From Nanobdellota archaeon (lineage in GTDB: Archaea > Nanobdellota > Nanobdellia > Woesearchaeales > GW2011-AR4): a DNA stretch of 64,000 nt. The notes under the pieces were generated by a model. The model saw nothing but the letters and a program-made list of their open reading frames with translations. It was not told where the DNA came from and searched no databases. Where the stretch lies: positions 1 to 64,000 of the forward strand of contig JBBSWH010000004.1 of NCBI GenBank assembly GCA_038046385.1, in the 5' to 3' direction. The translations under genes were made by a program, and so were the position numbers. Shown one piece after another: positions 51,226 to 60,823 of this stretch; positions within the stretch are counted from its first letter, which is position 1, and every line of letters starts with the position of its first letter.

Positions 51226-52137
51226 ATGTTTGTTATGGCACTTGATGATTTATTAAACAACCTGTCAAATCCCTCTACAAAACAAGTTCTTGATGGGTTG
51301 CAAGAAGCAGTAGTCATTACAGGGGTAGATGGATCAATACTTTACGCCAATAGTCAATTTTCAAAAATTGTACAGGCTTATTATGGAAAAGAAAATCCAC
51401 ATGGCAGAAATTTATTTGGGGATTATAACTTTGAAGCAAAAGATCAAAAAGCCGCTCTCCTTGAAGAATGTGTAAGCAGTGGACTGGCAAAACAATCTAG
51501 AAGAGTTGTATATGTAAGGGATGATAAAAGTGAGCATTATTACAATATAAGGATGGAGCCGTTAAAAGGTGCTAATGAAAAAGTAGAAGGTGTCCAAGTA
51601 GGGTTTGTAGATGTAACTAACGAGGTTTTAGAGGCTATAAAAGATGAATTAACTGGCGCATTTACGAAAAATCATTATTTAAGGCAATTATTTCCTACAG
51701 AAAGCGCTAGGGCTATTAGAGCTAAAAGGAGCGGTTCTGAGAAAGAGTCTTATTTAGGAGTCATTGTAGGGGATTTGCAGGATTTCAAAAAAGTTAATGA
51801 TACATTGGGCCATTCTATTGGTGATGATATACTAAAAAGAACAGCAAGTTTAATGATGGAAAGTGTAAGGCCAACAGATTATGTAATAAGGTTTGGAGGA
51901 GATGAATTTTGCGTCTTGCTTCCAAATACGGATCAAGCAGCCGCAAATCAGGTTATGGCAAGAATAAATTCTAATATTAAAAAATATAATAGGGGAATAA
52001 GAAATCCACTCATGCAAATCAAAATGAATTTTGGAGTGCTATCAGATAATGATAATTATGAGGGTATTTTGGAAAAAGCTGATGCTTTTATGTATGCCAA
52101 TAAAAGAGGAGCAAAAGAAAAGGGTACTCCTCCATAA
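51226..52137 (+). CDS. PAS + GGDEF diguanylate-cyclase-like protein
   Basis: PAS (DGSILYANSQF); DELTG, DLQDFKKVNDTLGHSIGD, RPTD I-site, RFGGDEF, ADAFMYANK. Confidence 0.9.
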   Translation: MFVMALDDLLNNLSNPSTKQVLDGLQEAVVITGVDGSILYANSQFSKIVQAYYGKENPHGRNLFGDYNFEAKDQKAALLEECVSSGLAKQSRRVVYVRDDKSEHYYNIRMEPLKGANEKVEGVQVGFVDVTNEVLEAIKDELTGAFTKNHYLRQLFPTESARAIRAKRSGSEKESYLGVIVGDLQDFKKVNDTLGHSIGDDILKRTASLMMESVRPTDYVIRFGGDEFCVLLPNTDQAAANQVMARINSNIKKYNRGIRNPLMQIKMNFGVLSDNDNYEGILEKADAFMYANKRGAKEKGTPP

Positions 52138-52145
52138 ACATATTA

Positions 52146-53705
52146 TTACCCCTCCCAGTCTCTCAAGCTAATCTGGCCTTTGCGTTTATTTTCAGGAATT
52201 AAGGCAACATCCTGTCCAAGCTGTTTTTTTATATTTAATGCTGTCTTCTCTCCAATAATCTGAGTCAAGGTAGACAAATCTACAGCTTTCAAATCTTTTA
52301 TATCTTTTAATTTGTTCCTAAAAAGCAATCTCGCCCTTACTCTTCCGATATTCTCCAGTTTTATCAGGGGCAATAATTCTTCCTTGACTCCATACTTTAA
52401 TCTTAATCTTAGTTTTATGATTTCTTTTATCAAAGACTGATAATGGAGCATCTTGCACATCTCTTCTGTCGAGTACAAAAGCCAGTCTGCTATGTCCACT
52501 TTTGCCCGCAACTCCCCTGGCCTCGTGTTATACTCTTCAAGCAAAAATTCTTCATCCTGCTCGTCAATCCACTGATTAAACATCGAAGCAGTCTTGACAG
52601 AATTCAAAAAATCCTCATATTCCGGTTCGTACATTGAGGGCTCCTGCTCAAGGATATAGTCGCCCATTTCGAGCAAAAATTCCTGTATCTTGTCATATTC
52701 TCTTATACCGACTTTAAGCATAGGCCTTATCTCAAGCGTGTGTGATATAGTCTGCAAAAACGAAAACGCATTTATCTTTTTGTCAGACGCATTTCTCATG
52801 CACGTGATTATAAAATGCGCTGTCAAAGGATCAAGATACAATTCTGCAATTCTTTTTCCTATTAAAGTTGCTTTCAGTTTTTCATCATCTATTTCATTTG
52901 CGCTCGTGAATTCATCGCCGGAACGCATAATGAACTCCCACTCTTCCAGCATGTCAATCACTTTTGAAATTGTTGAATGCAGTTTTCTCAAATCCTTAAA
53001 CTGGTGCGCATAGAATGTCTTGTCAAAAAAGCCAAACAGCTGTTTTTTTGTCGTGATAAAATTTGCAGCGATTAATGAAAGCACATATGTCCTTAAAACC
53101 GGCTCAACAGCAAGCTTCGAGTATATATCTTCCGGGGTTCCATTAAGATATTTTTCTTCTATCTTTTCCTTCTCGCCCTCAGTCATTGCAATGACAATTG
53201 ACTGGCCTTCGCTGTCATAATTCGGCCTTCCAGCTCTGCCAGACATCTGCATGTAATCCAGTACTGGAATCCATGATAATCCGTGAACAGTATACCTTCT
53301 CAAATCCTTTATTATTGCCCGGAAAGCTGGCAAATCAACCCCGTAAGCAAGCGTTGGGGTGCAGCAGATTATTTTTATTGTGCTGTTCCTGAAATTTTCT
53401 TCTATTATCTCTTTTTGTTTGTGTGTCAGGCCGGCATGATGGAATGCAATCCCTTTTCTCATGCAGAACGATAGTTTCTCGCACTGTTTTGTCGGCTTCG
53501 GAAGCGCATTTAATGCATCTTCCGCAATCAGATTAAGAGTTTCATTTGTTGATTTTATTTTTTTTGATATTTCTTCTGCTGTCTTCTCTGCCGATTTTTT
53601 TGTGTTTACAAAAACAATGGCCTGCTTGCCTATCTTTAAAGTGTCAAGCGCCAGATTAATAGCTCCGCTTTCAAACTCGTCGTCAATCTTAACTTGCTTA
53701 GGCAT
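52146..53705 (-). CDS. Hel308/Ski2-like helicase, C-terminal part only (no Walker A/DEAH domain)
   Basis: VFVNTKK, IAFHHAGL, TPTLAYGVDLPA, QMSGRAGRP, IGRVRAR HhH; starts just before RecA2. Confidence 0.85.
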   Translation of the reverse strand: MPKQVKIDDEFESGAINLALDTLKIGKQAIVFVNTKKSAEKTAEEISKKIKSTNETLNLIAEDALNALPKPTKQCEKLSFCMRKGIAFHHAGLTHKQKEIIEENFRNSTIKIICCTPTLAYGVDLPAFRAIIKDLRRYTVHGLSWIPVLDYMQMSGRAGRPNYDSEGQSIVIAMTEGEKEKIEEKYLNGTPEDIYSKLAVEPVLRTYVLSLIAANFITTKKQLFGFFDKTFYAHQFKDLRKLHSTISKVIDMLEEWEFIMRSGDEFTSANEIDDEKLKATLIGKRIAELYLDPLTAHFIITCMRNASDKKINAFSFLQTISHTLEIRPMLKVGIREYDKIQEFLLEMGDYILEQEPSMYEPEYEDFLNSVKTASMFNQWIDEQDEEFLLEEYNTRPGELRAKVDIADWLLYSTEEMCKMLHYQSLIKEIIKLRLRLKYGVKEELLPLIKLENIGRVRARLLFRNKLKDIKDLKAVDLSTLTQIIGEKTALNIKKQLGQDVALIPENKRKGQISLRDWEG

Positions 53706-53743
53706 TATAAAAAAAGAAGAATCAAAGTTTATAAGATTTTTGA

Positions 53744-55633
53744 TTAAACTACGTTTACATTGATCATCTGCTCTGTCTTGTCAATGCCGTCGCTTACAAT
53801 TACTTTAACCTGTTTTGTGCCTCTTGTTGTGAATATTCTCTGATGCTTCTGCGTGCCTTTGTATTTGTCAAAAAAGCCAAAGTCCCAAGTATAATCCAGC
53901 TGGTCATTGTCATCGTCAACTGCCACAACAGACATCGATGCTGGCTTGTTCAAGCGTGCAGTTACGCTTATTGTTGCATTGGCAATTCTTGGCGCCCTAT
54001 TTTTATCTCTTAATTCTAGCTTCATGATTTGTTTTGAATCAAGCGAGCCGTCTGTTGCGCTAAAAACAAGATTATAAACCTGTTTCTGTCCTTTGCTTAA
54101 AACAGAGTATGCTGGTTTCCATATGAATGCGTTGTCTTTTATATTGACTCCTTGCGGAGGGTTTTCCAAATAATATTTTACATTGTCCCCATCTGGGTCT
54201 TTTGCATTCAGAAGCATTGCAATCTCGTCATTTTCGTATGCAACAATATCCGATAATTTATCTAAAGCCGGAGCCCTGTTTGAATTTGCAACATTCACAG
54301 GAACTTTGATTGATGCCTGTTCTGTTCCGTCGCTTGCAGTTATAGTAATTTCATGGTCTCCTGAATCATCATAAGTTGGCCTGAATGCGGCAGTTGAAAT
54401 GTATCCGGAAAATTGCAGTGTTACTTTGTCGCCGTCTAAATCATAAGCTCTTGGTTCAAGTGTAACAAATTCATCTTCTTTTGCAATTATTGTGTCCATC
54501 GGCTCTATCACAGGTGCCCTGTTCTTGTCAACAACAGTTATTATGACATTCTGCACCACTTGGTTTTTGTTTGAAACTGCAATAAACTGCGGATAGAAGC
54601 TCTTGCCGAGTATCCTGAATTTTCCAAGAAGCTTGTTGAAGAAGCTGTTCTTCTGTATTGTATCATAATCTGGTGTCCATGTAAATACATTGCCGTCAAG
54701 CAATGACCCTTCCGGAAGGTTTTTTGCTTCAAAATTTATTTTGTCTCCGTCAGGATCAGATACCTTGAAAGTTATTTTTATCTCATCACCCTCATTAACT
54801 ACCGGGTTGCTTAGTTCAGCAAATTCTGCCGGCCTGTCAATATCATTGACAGTTACTACCACTGTCTTGCTGCCGGAAAATCCCTTTCCTTCAGCATGCA
54901 CTTTTATATCATAAATGCCGGAATCGTCATAAGTAGTTTGCCACTCATTGTTATTGTTGAATGGCTTTGAGATTGTATACGCCAGCCCATATTTTTCAAA
55001 ATCTGGAATTTCTATCTTTACAAGTTCATTTTCATTTGCAGCCACATCCTTGATTTCATCAAGAATCCCCTGCACATCTACATTTTTGACTTCAACTGGC
55101 CATTCTTTTGATGTTTCGAGTTTTCCGTCTGAAACAACTGATTTTATCCTGTGCGTTCCTTCGTCATTGTACGTTGAATCGTAAGTATATTCATTTCCTT
55201 CTGCAACTTTCTTGTTGTCAAAATACCACCTGTAAGTTAATTCGTCTTTGTTTGCATCTGATGCAATAACACTAAAATCTACTGACTGTGATTCGTTTAT
55301 TGCTATTGAATCCTGCCTTGGAAGAAATGAGTCAACAGAAGGCGCTGCTTCCTTTCTTTTTACAACAATCAGAATATCTTTAGAAGTGCTTATCTGGCCG
55401 TCAGAAACAGTCACCATTGAATTATATGTGCCTGCATCTCCATAAGTTGTCTGCCATTCTCCATTTTCATTTAAGGGGGATGAATACTCAATAGATATAT
55501 AATCAGAATCAGGATCATCAGCTTTCGGAGCGATTGCTATCTTCTCCGTCTCATCTATCACGAACTTTGTCGCAGAATAGGCAAGAGGAATTACTAAGAA
55601 TACAATCAAAAGTAAAGCTAGCTTCTTTTTCAT
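53744..55633 (-). CDS. Secreted PKD/cadherin-like (Ig) repeat surface protein
   Basis: Signal peptide; repeated DPDGD, WQTTYxDxG, VSDG, NRAP. Confidence 0.85.
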   Translation of the reverse strand: MKKKLALLLIVFLVIPLAYSATKFVIDETEKIAIAPKADDPDSDYISIEYSSPLNENGEWQTTYGDAGTYNSMVTVSDGQISTSKDILIVVKRKEAAPSVDSFLPRQDSIAINESQSVDFSVIASDANKDELTYRWYFDNKKVAEGNEYTYDSTYNDEGTHRIKSVVSDGKLETSKEWPVEVKNVDVQGILDEIKDVAANENELVKIEIPDFEKYGLAYTISKPFNNNNEWQTTYDDSGIYDIKVHAEGKGFSGSKTVVVTVNDIDRPAEFAELSNPVVNEGDEIKITFKVSDPDGDKINFEAKNLPEGSLLDGNVFTWTPDYDTIQKNSFFNKLLGKFRILGKSFYPQFIAVSNKNQVVQNVIITVVDKNRAPVIEPMDTIIAKEDEFVTLEPRAYDLDGDKVTLQFSGYISTAAFRPTYDDSGDHEITITASDGTEQASIKVPVNVANSNRAPALDKLSDIVAYENDEIAMLLNAKDPDGDNVKYYLENPPQGVNIKDNAFIWKPAYSVLSKGQKQVYNLVFSATDGSLDSKQIMKLELRDKNRAPRIANATISVTARLNKPASMSVVAVDDDNDQLDYTWDFGFFDKYKGTQKHQRIFTTRGTKQVKVIVSDGIDKTEQMINVNVV

Positions 55634-55685
55634 TTATCCCCCAAATAAAAGAAAAGACGGCAATAATTTGCCGTATTTTGTAAAA

Positions 55686-56774
55686 TTATTTCTGCACAAT
55701 CTCTGTTATGACAGGTGCCCTGTTCACGTTTGCCACTTTCACGCTTATTTCGTGCTCTGTGGTGTCCTGACCGTCGGTTGCGCTTACAACAATAGTGTAA
55801 GTTCCAGCGCTGTCATAGCCGGTTTCCCAGGTAAATACATTGTCTTCCTGTGTAAACCTTGACTCGCTTATTGAGTATTCTAAGTTATCGTTGTCATCAT
55901 CTGTTGCAAGAGCAGTTATTACTATAGTGTCTGTCTCGCTTGCGCTTATGTCAGCAATGCCTTCAAGCACAGGCTTCCTGTTTACATTCTTTACTTCAAC
56001 AGACCATATCTTGCTTGCTAATGATATTCCGTCAGTCACATCAACTTTGACAGTGTGTGTTCCTGCGTCATCATAGGTTGTCTGGTAAGTATATTGTGTT
56101 TCTGTGCCCACAGCATATCCGTCAATCTTCCATTCATATGAAAGCGTGTCGCTGTTAAGGTCTGATGACTCTGCGCTGAAATCCAATGACTGTGTTTCGT
56201 CAGCCACAAGCCCGCTCTCGATTGGGTTTGAAGAGTCTATTGTTGGTGCTTCCTCTTTCTTGTTAACTATGATTAAAACATCTCTTGATGTTGTTGATTC
56301 ACCGTCTGATACTGTAACAGTTACTGTGTACTCTCCGGCATCTCCGTATGTTGTCTGCCATTCTCCGCTTTCGGTTAATGGTGATGTGAATGTGAATGCA
56401 AGCTTGCTGTCCTTGTCTGGGTCCTCTGCCTTTGGCACAAGATTGACAAGTTCTGTTTCTTCAACTAGTATTACAACTGCCTTTTCCTTTGGCATCTCTA
56501 CTGGAAGTGCTTCGCTTGTTTCTTCAACTGGAATTTCTTCAGCAGTTTCTTCAGCTACTGATTCTTCAACAGGCTTTGTTTCTTCTGGAACAACTTCTGT
56601 TTCAGTTACTTCTGTTTCTTCAGAGGTATCTGTTGTTTCCTGAGAGGTCTCTTTATCAGTATCTTCCTTGACAGCGTTACCTGTAGTGCCTGAAAATGTC
56701 TGGTAAACCTCGCAGCTGCTCAATAGAAACATAGAAACTATCAATAAAACAACAAGACCTTTGTTAAAAACCAT
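55686..56774 (-). CDS. PKD/cadherin-like repeat lipoprotein (paralog of its neighbour)
   Basis: LSSC lipobox, acidic linker, SPLTESGEWQTTYGDAG. Confidence 0.85.
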   Translation of the reverse strand: MVFNKGLVVLLIVSMFLLSSCEVYQTFSGTTGNAVKEDTDKETSQETTDTSEETEVTETEVVPEETKPVEESVAEETAEEIPVEETSEALPVEMPKEKAVVILVEETELVNLVPKAEDPDKDSKLAFTFTSPLTESGEWQTTYGDAGEYTVTVTVSDGESTTSRDVLIIVNKKEEAPTIDSSNPIESGLVADETQSLDFSAESSDLNSDTLSYEWKIDGYAVGTETQYTYQTTYDDAGTHTVKVDVTDGISLASKIWSVEVKNVNRKPVLEGIADISASETDTIVITALATDDDNDNLEYSISESRFTQEDNVFTWETGYDSAGTYTIVVSATDGQDTTEHEISVKVANVNRAPVITEIVQK

Positions 56775-56993
56775 TATTTACCCCTCCGCATATTTTTCAT
56801 TTAAGTTAAATCTGAAAGTGTTGTTATTTTAGAATACTAACTTGTATTTAAACTTTGTGGTAGTTAAAATAGATTTTGGTGATTTTTGTCGAATGGAGAT
56901 TCTTTTTTCAAAGAATTATTTAATAGTGATTATAGGAGTTATAAGATAATGGATTCTAAAAAGCCGGAGCACTATATATAGTATGTGATTTTG

Positions 56994-57182
56994 ACCACTG
57001 GACATCTCCGCCTAAGATATATAAAGGAGATTTACTTATAAAACTGAAAAAGAGAACACGCAAAACTGCTAAATTAAGTCTTTTGGTCTTTGACGCAAAA
57101 GCCTATTACGCAGTTTCGCTTCAAATTCTCTTTTTACTTAAATCCAAAGTTCCAAGAGTCAGAAACTTTGGAGGTGTCTAAT
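56994..57182 (+). promoter_or_regulatory. Nuclease-associated promoter + structured leader cassette, copy 3
   Basis: ACCACTGGACATC..CCTAAG-A-TATATAAA; stem 57047-57135; hairpin TCCAAAGTT/AACTTTGGA overlapping the GGAGGTG RBS. Confidence 0.88.
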
Positions 57183-57971
57183 ATGAAAGCGTTAAGTCAG
57201 GAGGAAATTGAGCAGATTTGTGGATTGTATAAAGAACATGGTAGTGTTAGGGCTGTAATAAAAAGAATGCCTGTGAGTAATGGGTCAGCACACAAATATC
57301 TAACTTTAAAACACTTAATCAGAAAACAAAATATCGTCAGGGAATTAAAAACCCATGATGAGAGATTAATTGGGGTTTATGTTGGTCTTTGGATGGGTGA
57401 TGGAACTCAGTACAAAGATGGGCATAGCTACACTATCAAAATATGCACAAATAGCGATGATGTAAACCTAAATAAATTTGTCAAAGATCTCATAATCCTA
57501 GTTTTTAATAAGAATACTTCATTGTTTAAGGAAAGGCACAGGAAAAGCGCTTATATAAAATTCAGCTCTAGGTTTATTTTTGAATTCATTCATGATTATG
57601 TTGTTTATGATGAAAAGAAGAAAACATATACTGTAGGGCTAAGGAAAAGGGCTAATGCATATCCAAAAGAATTTCGTGAAGGATGCTTGCTGGGTTTAGC
57701 ATTAAGTGATGGATATCTTAAAAATAATTTTGTTTTTACTGTTTCATCTGCCAGATTGGCTAGAAATATGTATGATTTATTGGCCGGATTTAGGTACAAT
57801 CCCTGTTCAAGCTTAGATAGGAGAGAAAAATACCACAACAACATCATGTATTCAATAAAGCTTACTAAGCCAGATAGCATGGCTTTGAATGTCTTTTTAG
57901 ACAAAGTCATTAGAAGTTTAGGATATACTTATTCTTTTAAGGAATTGAAATATGGGCCCGGTGAGATTTGA
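57183..57971 (+). CDS. Free-standing HTH + LAGLIDADG (two motifs) protein
   Basis: N-terminal HTH-like segment; VYVGLWMGDGT and GCLLGLALSDG; RBS GGAGGTG before ATG 57183; stop codon lies inside tRNA-Ile. Confidence 0.82.
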   Translation: MKALSQEEIEQICGLYKEHGSVRAVIKRMPVSNGSAHKYLTLKHLIRKQNIVRELKTHDERLIGVYVGLWMGDGTQYKDGHSYTIKICTNSDDVNLNKFVKDLIILVFNKNTSLFKERHRKSAYIKFSSRFIFEFIHDYVVYDEKKKTYTVGLRKRANAYPKEFREGCLLGLALSDGYLKNNFVFTVSSARLARNMYDLLAGFRYNPCSSLDRREKYHNNIMYSIKLTKPDSMALNVFLDKVIRSLGYTYSFKELKYGPGEI

Positions 57972-58041
57972 ACTCATGGCCTCACGATATCAGACTGAAT
58001 GATATCAGTCGTGCGCTCTAACCAAGCTGAGCTACGGGCCC
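57953..58041 (-). tRNA. tRNA-Ile(GAU) with a 14-nt intron at 37/38
   Basis: GGGCCCG acceptor, CACGA-CTGATA[TCATTCAGTCTGAT]A-TCGTG. Confidence 0.9.
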
Positions 58042-58092
58042 GTAGTTTTGAAGAAATTATGCCGATTTATAAAGCTTGTTGAGAATAAAAAA

Positions 58093-58181
58093 CGCCCCCG
58101 GTCAGACTCGAACTGACGACCTTATCGTCTCTCTGAATAAATCATAACAGCGATACGCTCTACCTGCTGAGCTACAGGGGC
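58093..58181 (-). tRNA. tRNA-Asn(GUU) with a 16-nt intron at 37/38
   Basis: GCCCCTG acceptor, TATCG-CTGTTA[TGATTTATTCAGAGAG]A-CGATA. Confidence 0.9.
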
Positions 58182-58221
58182 ATAATTAAAAGGATAAAAA
58201 TTCTATTTAAAAAGCTTTAGC

Positions 58222-58635
58222 TTAATTTATGCCTACAACCTTAACTTTGAAGTTAAGCTCTTTGCCTGCCAGCGGATGATTCAAGTCTATTTTTATGATG
58301 TCTTTTGTCACTTCAGCCACGACTGCAGGTATTGTCTGTCCCTGCGGTCCTTTAAGCATAAGTCTTCCGCCAACTTCCACTTCCTGTGAGAATTTTTCTT
58401 TTGGAACTGTTATTATCAATTCTTTTTGTGCTTCTCCGTAAGCTTCTTTTGGGACTATCTTGATTGTTTTTTCCTCGTTTAGCTTCATTCCTTTAATGCC
58501 GTTTTCAAATCCCGGAATAACCTGCTTTGCTCCTATCTCAAACTCCAACGGGTCTTTTCCTTCCGATGAATCAAATACCTTTCCGTCGCTTAACGTTCCT
58601 GTGTAATGGACTTTTACCTTATCGCCTTGTTTCAT
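58222..58635 (-). CDS. slyD: FKBP-type peptidyl-prolyl isomerase (SlyD-like)
   Basis: VHYTGTLSDGKVFDSS, IPGFE, DLNHPLAGK. Confidence 0.92.
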   Translation of the reverse strand: MKQGDKVKVHYTGTLSDGKVFDSSEGKDPLEFEIGAKQVIPGFENGIKGMKLNEEKTIKIVPKEAYGEAQKELIITVPKEKFSQEVEVGGRLMLKGPQGQTIPAVVAEVTKDIIKIDLNHPLAGKELNFKVKVVGIN

Positions 58636-58723
58636 GATAAATCACCTTCATCGCAGAATTAAATTATTATATTTAAGGGTTTGGATGTATAAATTTAAAT
58701 AGTAAAAAATAAAGACTACATAA

Positions 58724-59299
58724 ATGATTCAAATAAATTGGATAGAACTATCAACTAACTTAGGGATACTTGTTGGAATAATCATTGCAGTTTATGTTTA
58801 CAATAAAATTATCAATTCTTCGTGGATGAAGAGTGTCATAGAAAATAAGAAATTTGAGGCAGTTATCGAAAAGATAAAAGAGTATATTCCAAAATTGCTT
58901 TTTTTCTGTTTTGTTGCTACAATAATCATAGGAGTTATGAATTACTTAGACAACCCAGATAAAAATGTTATTTTAGAATTCTCATCAAAATTATCTATAA
59001 CAGGTTTAACTTTAGGCGCTTTTTCTATTGCAATTGCCACTTTTATAAATCAAGCTAAAAAAGAAGGTTTAAGCGATGAAGCAATGAGATATAGACACTT
59101 GTCTGAAAATTTTATACTAAGTGGACTTTACTTCATGTTTACTTACTTCTTCTGGTTAGTTCAAGGTTTTTATATTGTTAAAGAAGGAATTTATAAAAAT
59201 GTAGGAGTTATTTATCAATTACTAGCTTATTTAGCAATAATTTTTGGGATTATTTTCTTACTAAAGGGTATGTATAGTTTATTAAAAGAAAATAGTTGA
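58724..59299 (+). CDS. Hypothetical multi-pass membrane protein
   Basis: About 5 hydrophobic segments, AT-rich. Confidence 0.65.
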   Translation: MIQINWIELSTNLGILVGIIIAVYVYNKIINSSWMKSVIENKKFEAVIEKIKEYIPKLLFFCFVATIIIGVMNYLDNPDKNVILEFSSKLSITGLTLGAFSIAIATFINQAKKEGLSDEAMRYRHLSENFILSGLYFMFTYFFWLVQGFYIVKEGIYKNVGVIYQLLAYLAIIFGIIFLLKGMYSLLKENS

Positions 59300-60787
59300 C
59301 TAAACTCCCACTCTCTTCTCCACCGCAACCTTCCCAATAATACTTCTTAGCATATGTCCCGTTATCTCTAAATCATAAAACTGCTTCAATGGTATACGAC
59401 CCTTTACACCAACAATTATAGGATATGTTCCGAATTGGCGACAAAAAGTTGTTTTTCCATCATAGATTTCAGCCCAGCAGTTTGTCAAGACTGTTCCTGT
59501 TGGAATAACCCTTTGCAGCATTGGCCAGTCTATCTTCTGGCGGATTTCATTTCGCCATTTCCAGTACATCTTTTTGTTCTTGCGCAAGAACTTGTCTTTG
59601 CCTTCATTAAACAATGAAGTTCCTTCAAAGATTGCAACCTGACGTATATTAATACGACGCAGCATCAATCCTTCATCATAAATGCGCTTAAGCCATGACA
59701 TATTCTCAAAGTGTGTTTTCTTTGTCTCATTGCGAAGCCCAAATATGATATTAATCCCCGGCAAGAATTTAGGCATTCCGTCGCTTCCTCTCTCGCCGCC
59801 AAACTGATTAAGTATCTTGATTGCTTCATACGCAACGGCAGGTGACGTATTAAGAGAATTAGCTTTTACAACTTCCATGTCAAAAGATTCAACGCCAAAC
59901 GCAGCTATATTGCCCGACGTGCAATATTTAACAATTGCTTTTGTTATTTTAAAATCGTTTTTCTTATCCATTACAACTTTAACAGGATTTACATTGTCAA
60001 GATGCAGTACTTTAATGTCGGGGCATTTATTATGAATTTCTTCAAGCAGTTCAGCAGCATAAGGTATTGTATAAAAGCAAGTTTGTTTTCCCAGCCTAAA
60101 GAATCTAGCGCCAAGATTGTAAAATTCAACCACTTCATTCAAAACATCTTCTTTTGCGCGAAATTCAACCTTATTCTTCAAAGGCTCTGTGCAAAACGAG
60201 CATTTCCCTATATCGCACCCGTGTCCTGTTTCGATTTCAATCATCCTATGGTCAGGAATCTGTTTGATTATAGAAGCGCCTTTCAATGCGTACTTTCCAA
60301 CATCCTTGTAAAGAAAATTAAACATCTCGTAAGAAACTTTGTTAAACACAGAAAGATCAGCTTTCTCAAAGAACTTGCCGCCAAACAGCTGTGTTCCAAA
60401 CACAGCAGGTCCTGTAAGTATTTTCTCGCACTTCAAATCCTGAATCATCGGAATTATCTCGTGCAAAGTGCCGGGTATTGCAGAAAGATATTTGCCGGGA
60501 ACATGAACACCAAGCACAATGATTAAAGTGTCTGTCTCTGAAAGAATTTTTGGAACATCTTTGTAATTAGAAGTCAAATTATATGTTGTTATGTCTGTTT
60601 TTTGGTGCGGTTTTGTTTCTTTGATTACTCCATTATTCTTCTTCCACAGCCTTAAATCATCAATAGTAAGATAATTAACTTCTTCATTCAAATATCCAGC
60701 CACATACCTTGGATAAGTGCCAAGATATGGAGGGACTCCAAGTCCGGCAGGTTCGTCTGTGTAGCAGTCAACAATTGTATAAACCAT
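59300..60787 (-). CDS. Archaeal radical SAM protein (COG1031-like)
   Basis: DEPAGLGVPPY, ETGHGCDIGKCSFC, RRINIRQV. Confidence 0.88.
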   Translation of the reverse strand: MVYTIVDCYTDEPAGLGVPPYLGTYPRYVAGYLNEEVNYLTIDDLRLWKKNNGVIKETKPHQKTDITTYNLTSNYKDVPKILSETDTLIIVLGVHVPGKYLSAIPGTLHEIIPMIQDLKCEKILTGPAVFGTQLFGGKFFEKADLSVFNKVSYEMFNFLYKDVGKYALKGASIIKQIPDHRMIEIETGHGCDIGKCSFCTEPLKNKVEFRAKEDVLNEVVEFYNLGARFFRLGKQTCFYTIPYAAELLEEIHNKCPDIKVLHLDNVNPVKVVMDKKNDFKITKAIVKYCTSGNIAAFGVESFDMEVVKANSLNTSPAVAYEAIKILNQFGGERGSDGMPKFLPGINIIFGLRNETKKTHFENMSWLKRIYDEGLMLRRINIRQVAIFEGTSLFNEGKDKFLRKNKKMYWKWRNEIRQKIDWPMLQRVIPTGTVLTNCWAEIYDGKTTFCRQFGTYPIIVGVKGRIPLKQFYDLEITGHMLRSIIGKVAVEKRVGV

Positions 60788-60823
60788 ATAGAACAAGTAT
60801 CCCCGACGGCTTTAAAAGGTTTA

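Noticed and set aside
35069-57182. Repeated elements as a CRISPR array or DGR template/variable repeats
   Set aside because: The copies are dispersed about 10 kb apart, with no repeat-spacer periodicity and no cas or reverse transcriptase gene in the window
57090-57182. Upstream TTG starts for the LAGLIDADG ORFs (57090, 45699) and the track starts for rps12, rpoA2 and the SMB gene
   Set aside because: RBS and TATA positions and the conserved leader support the downstream ATGs
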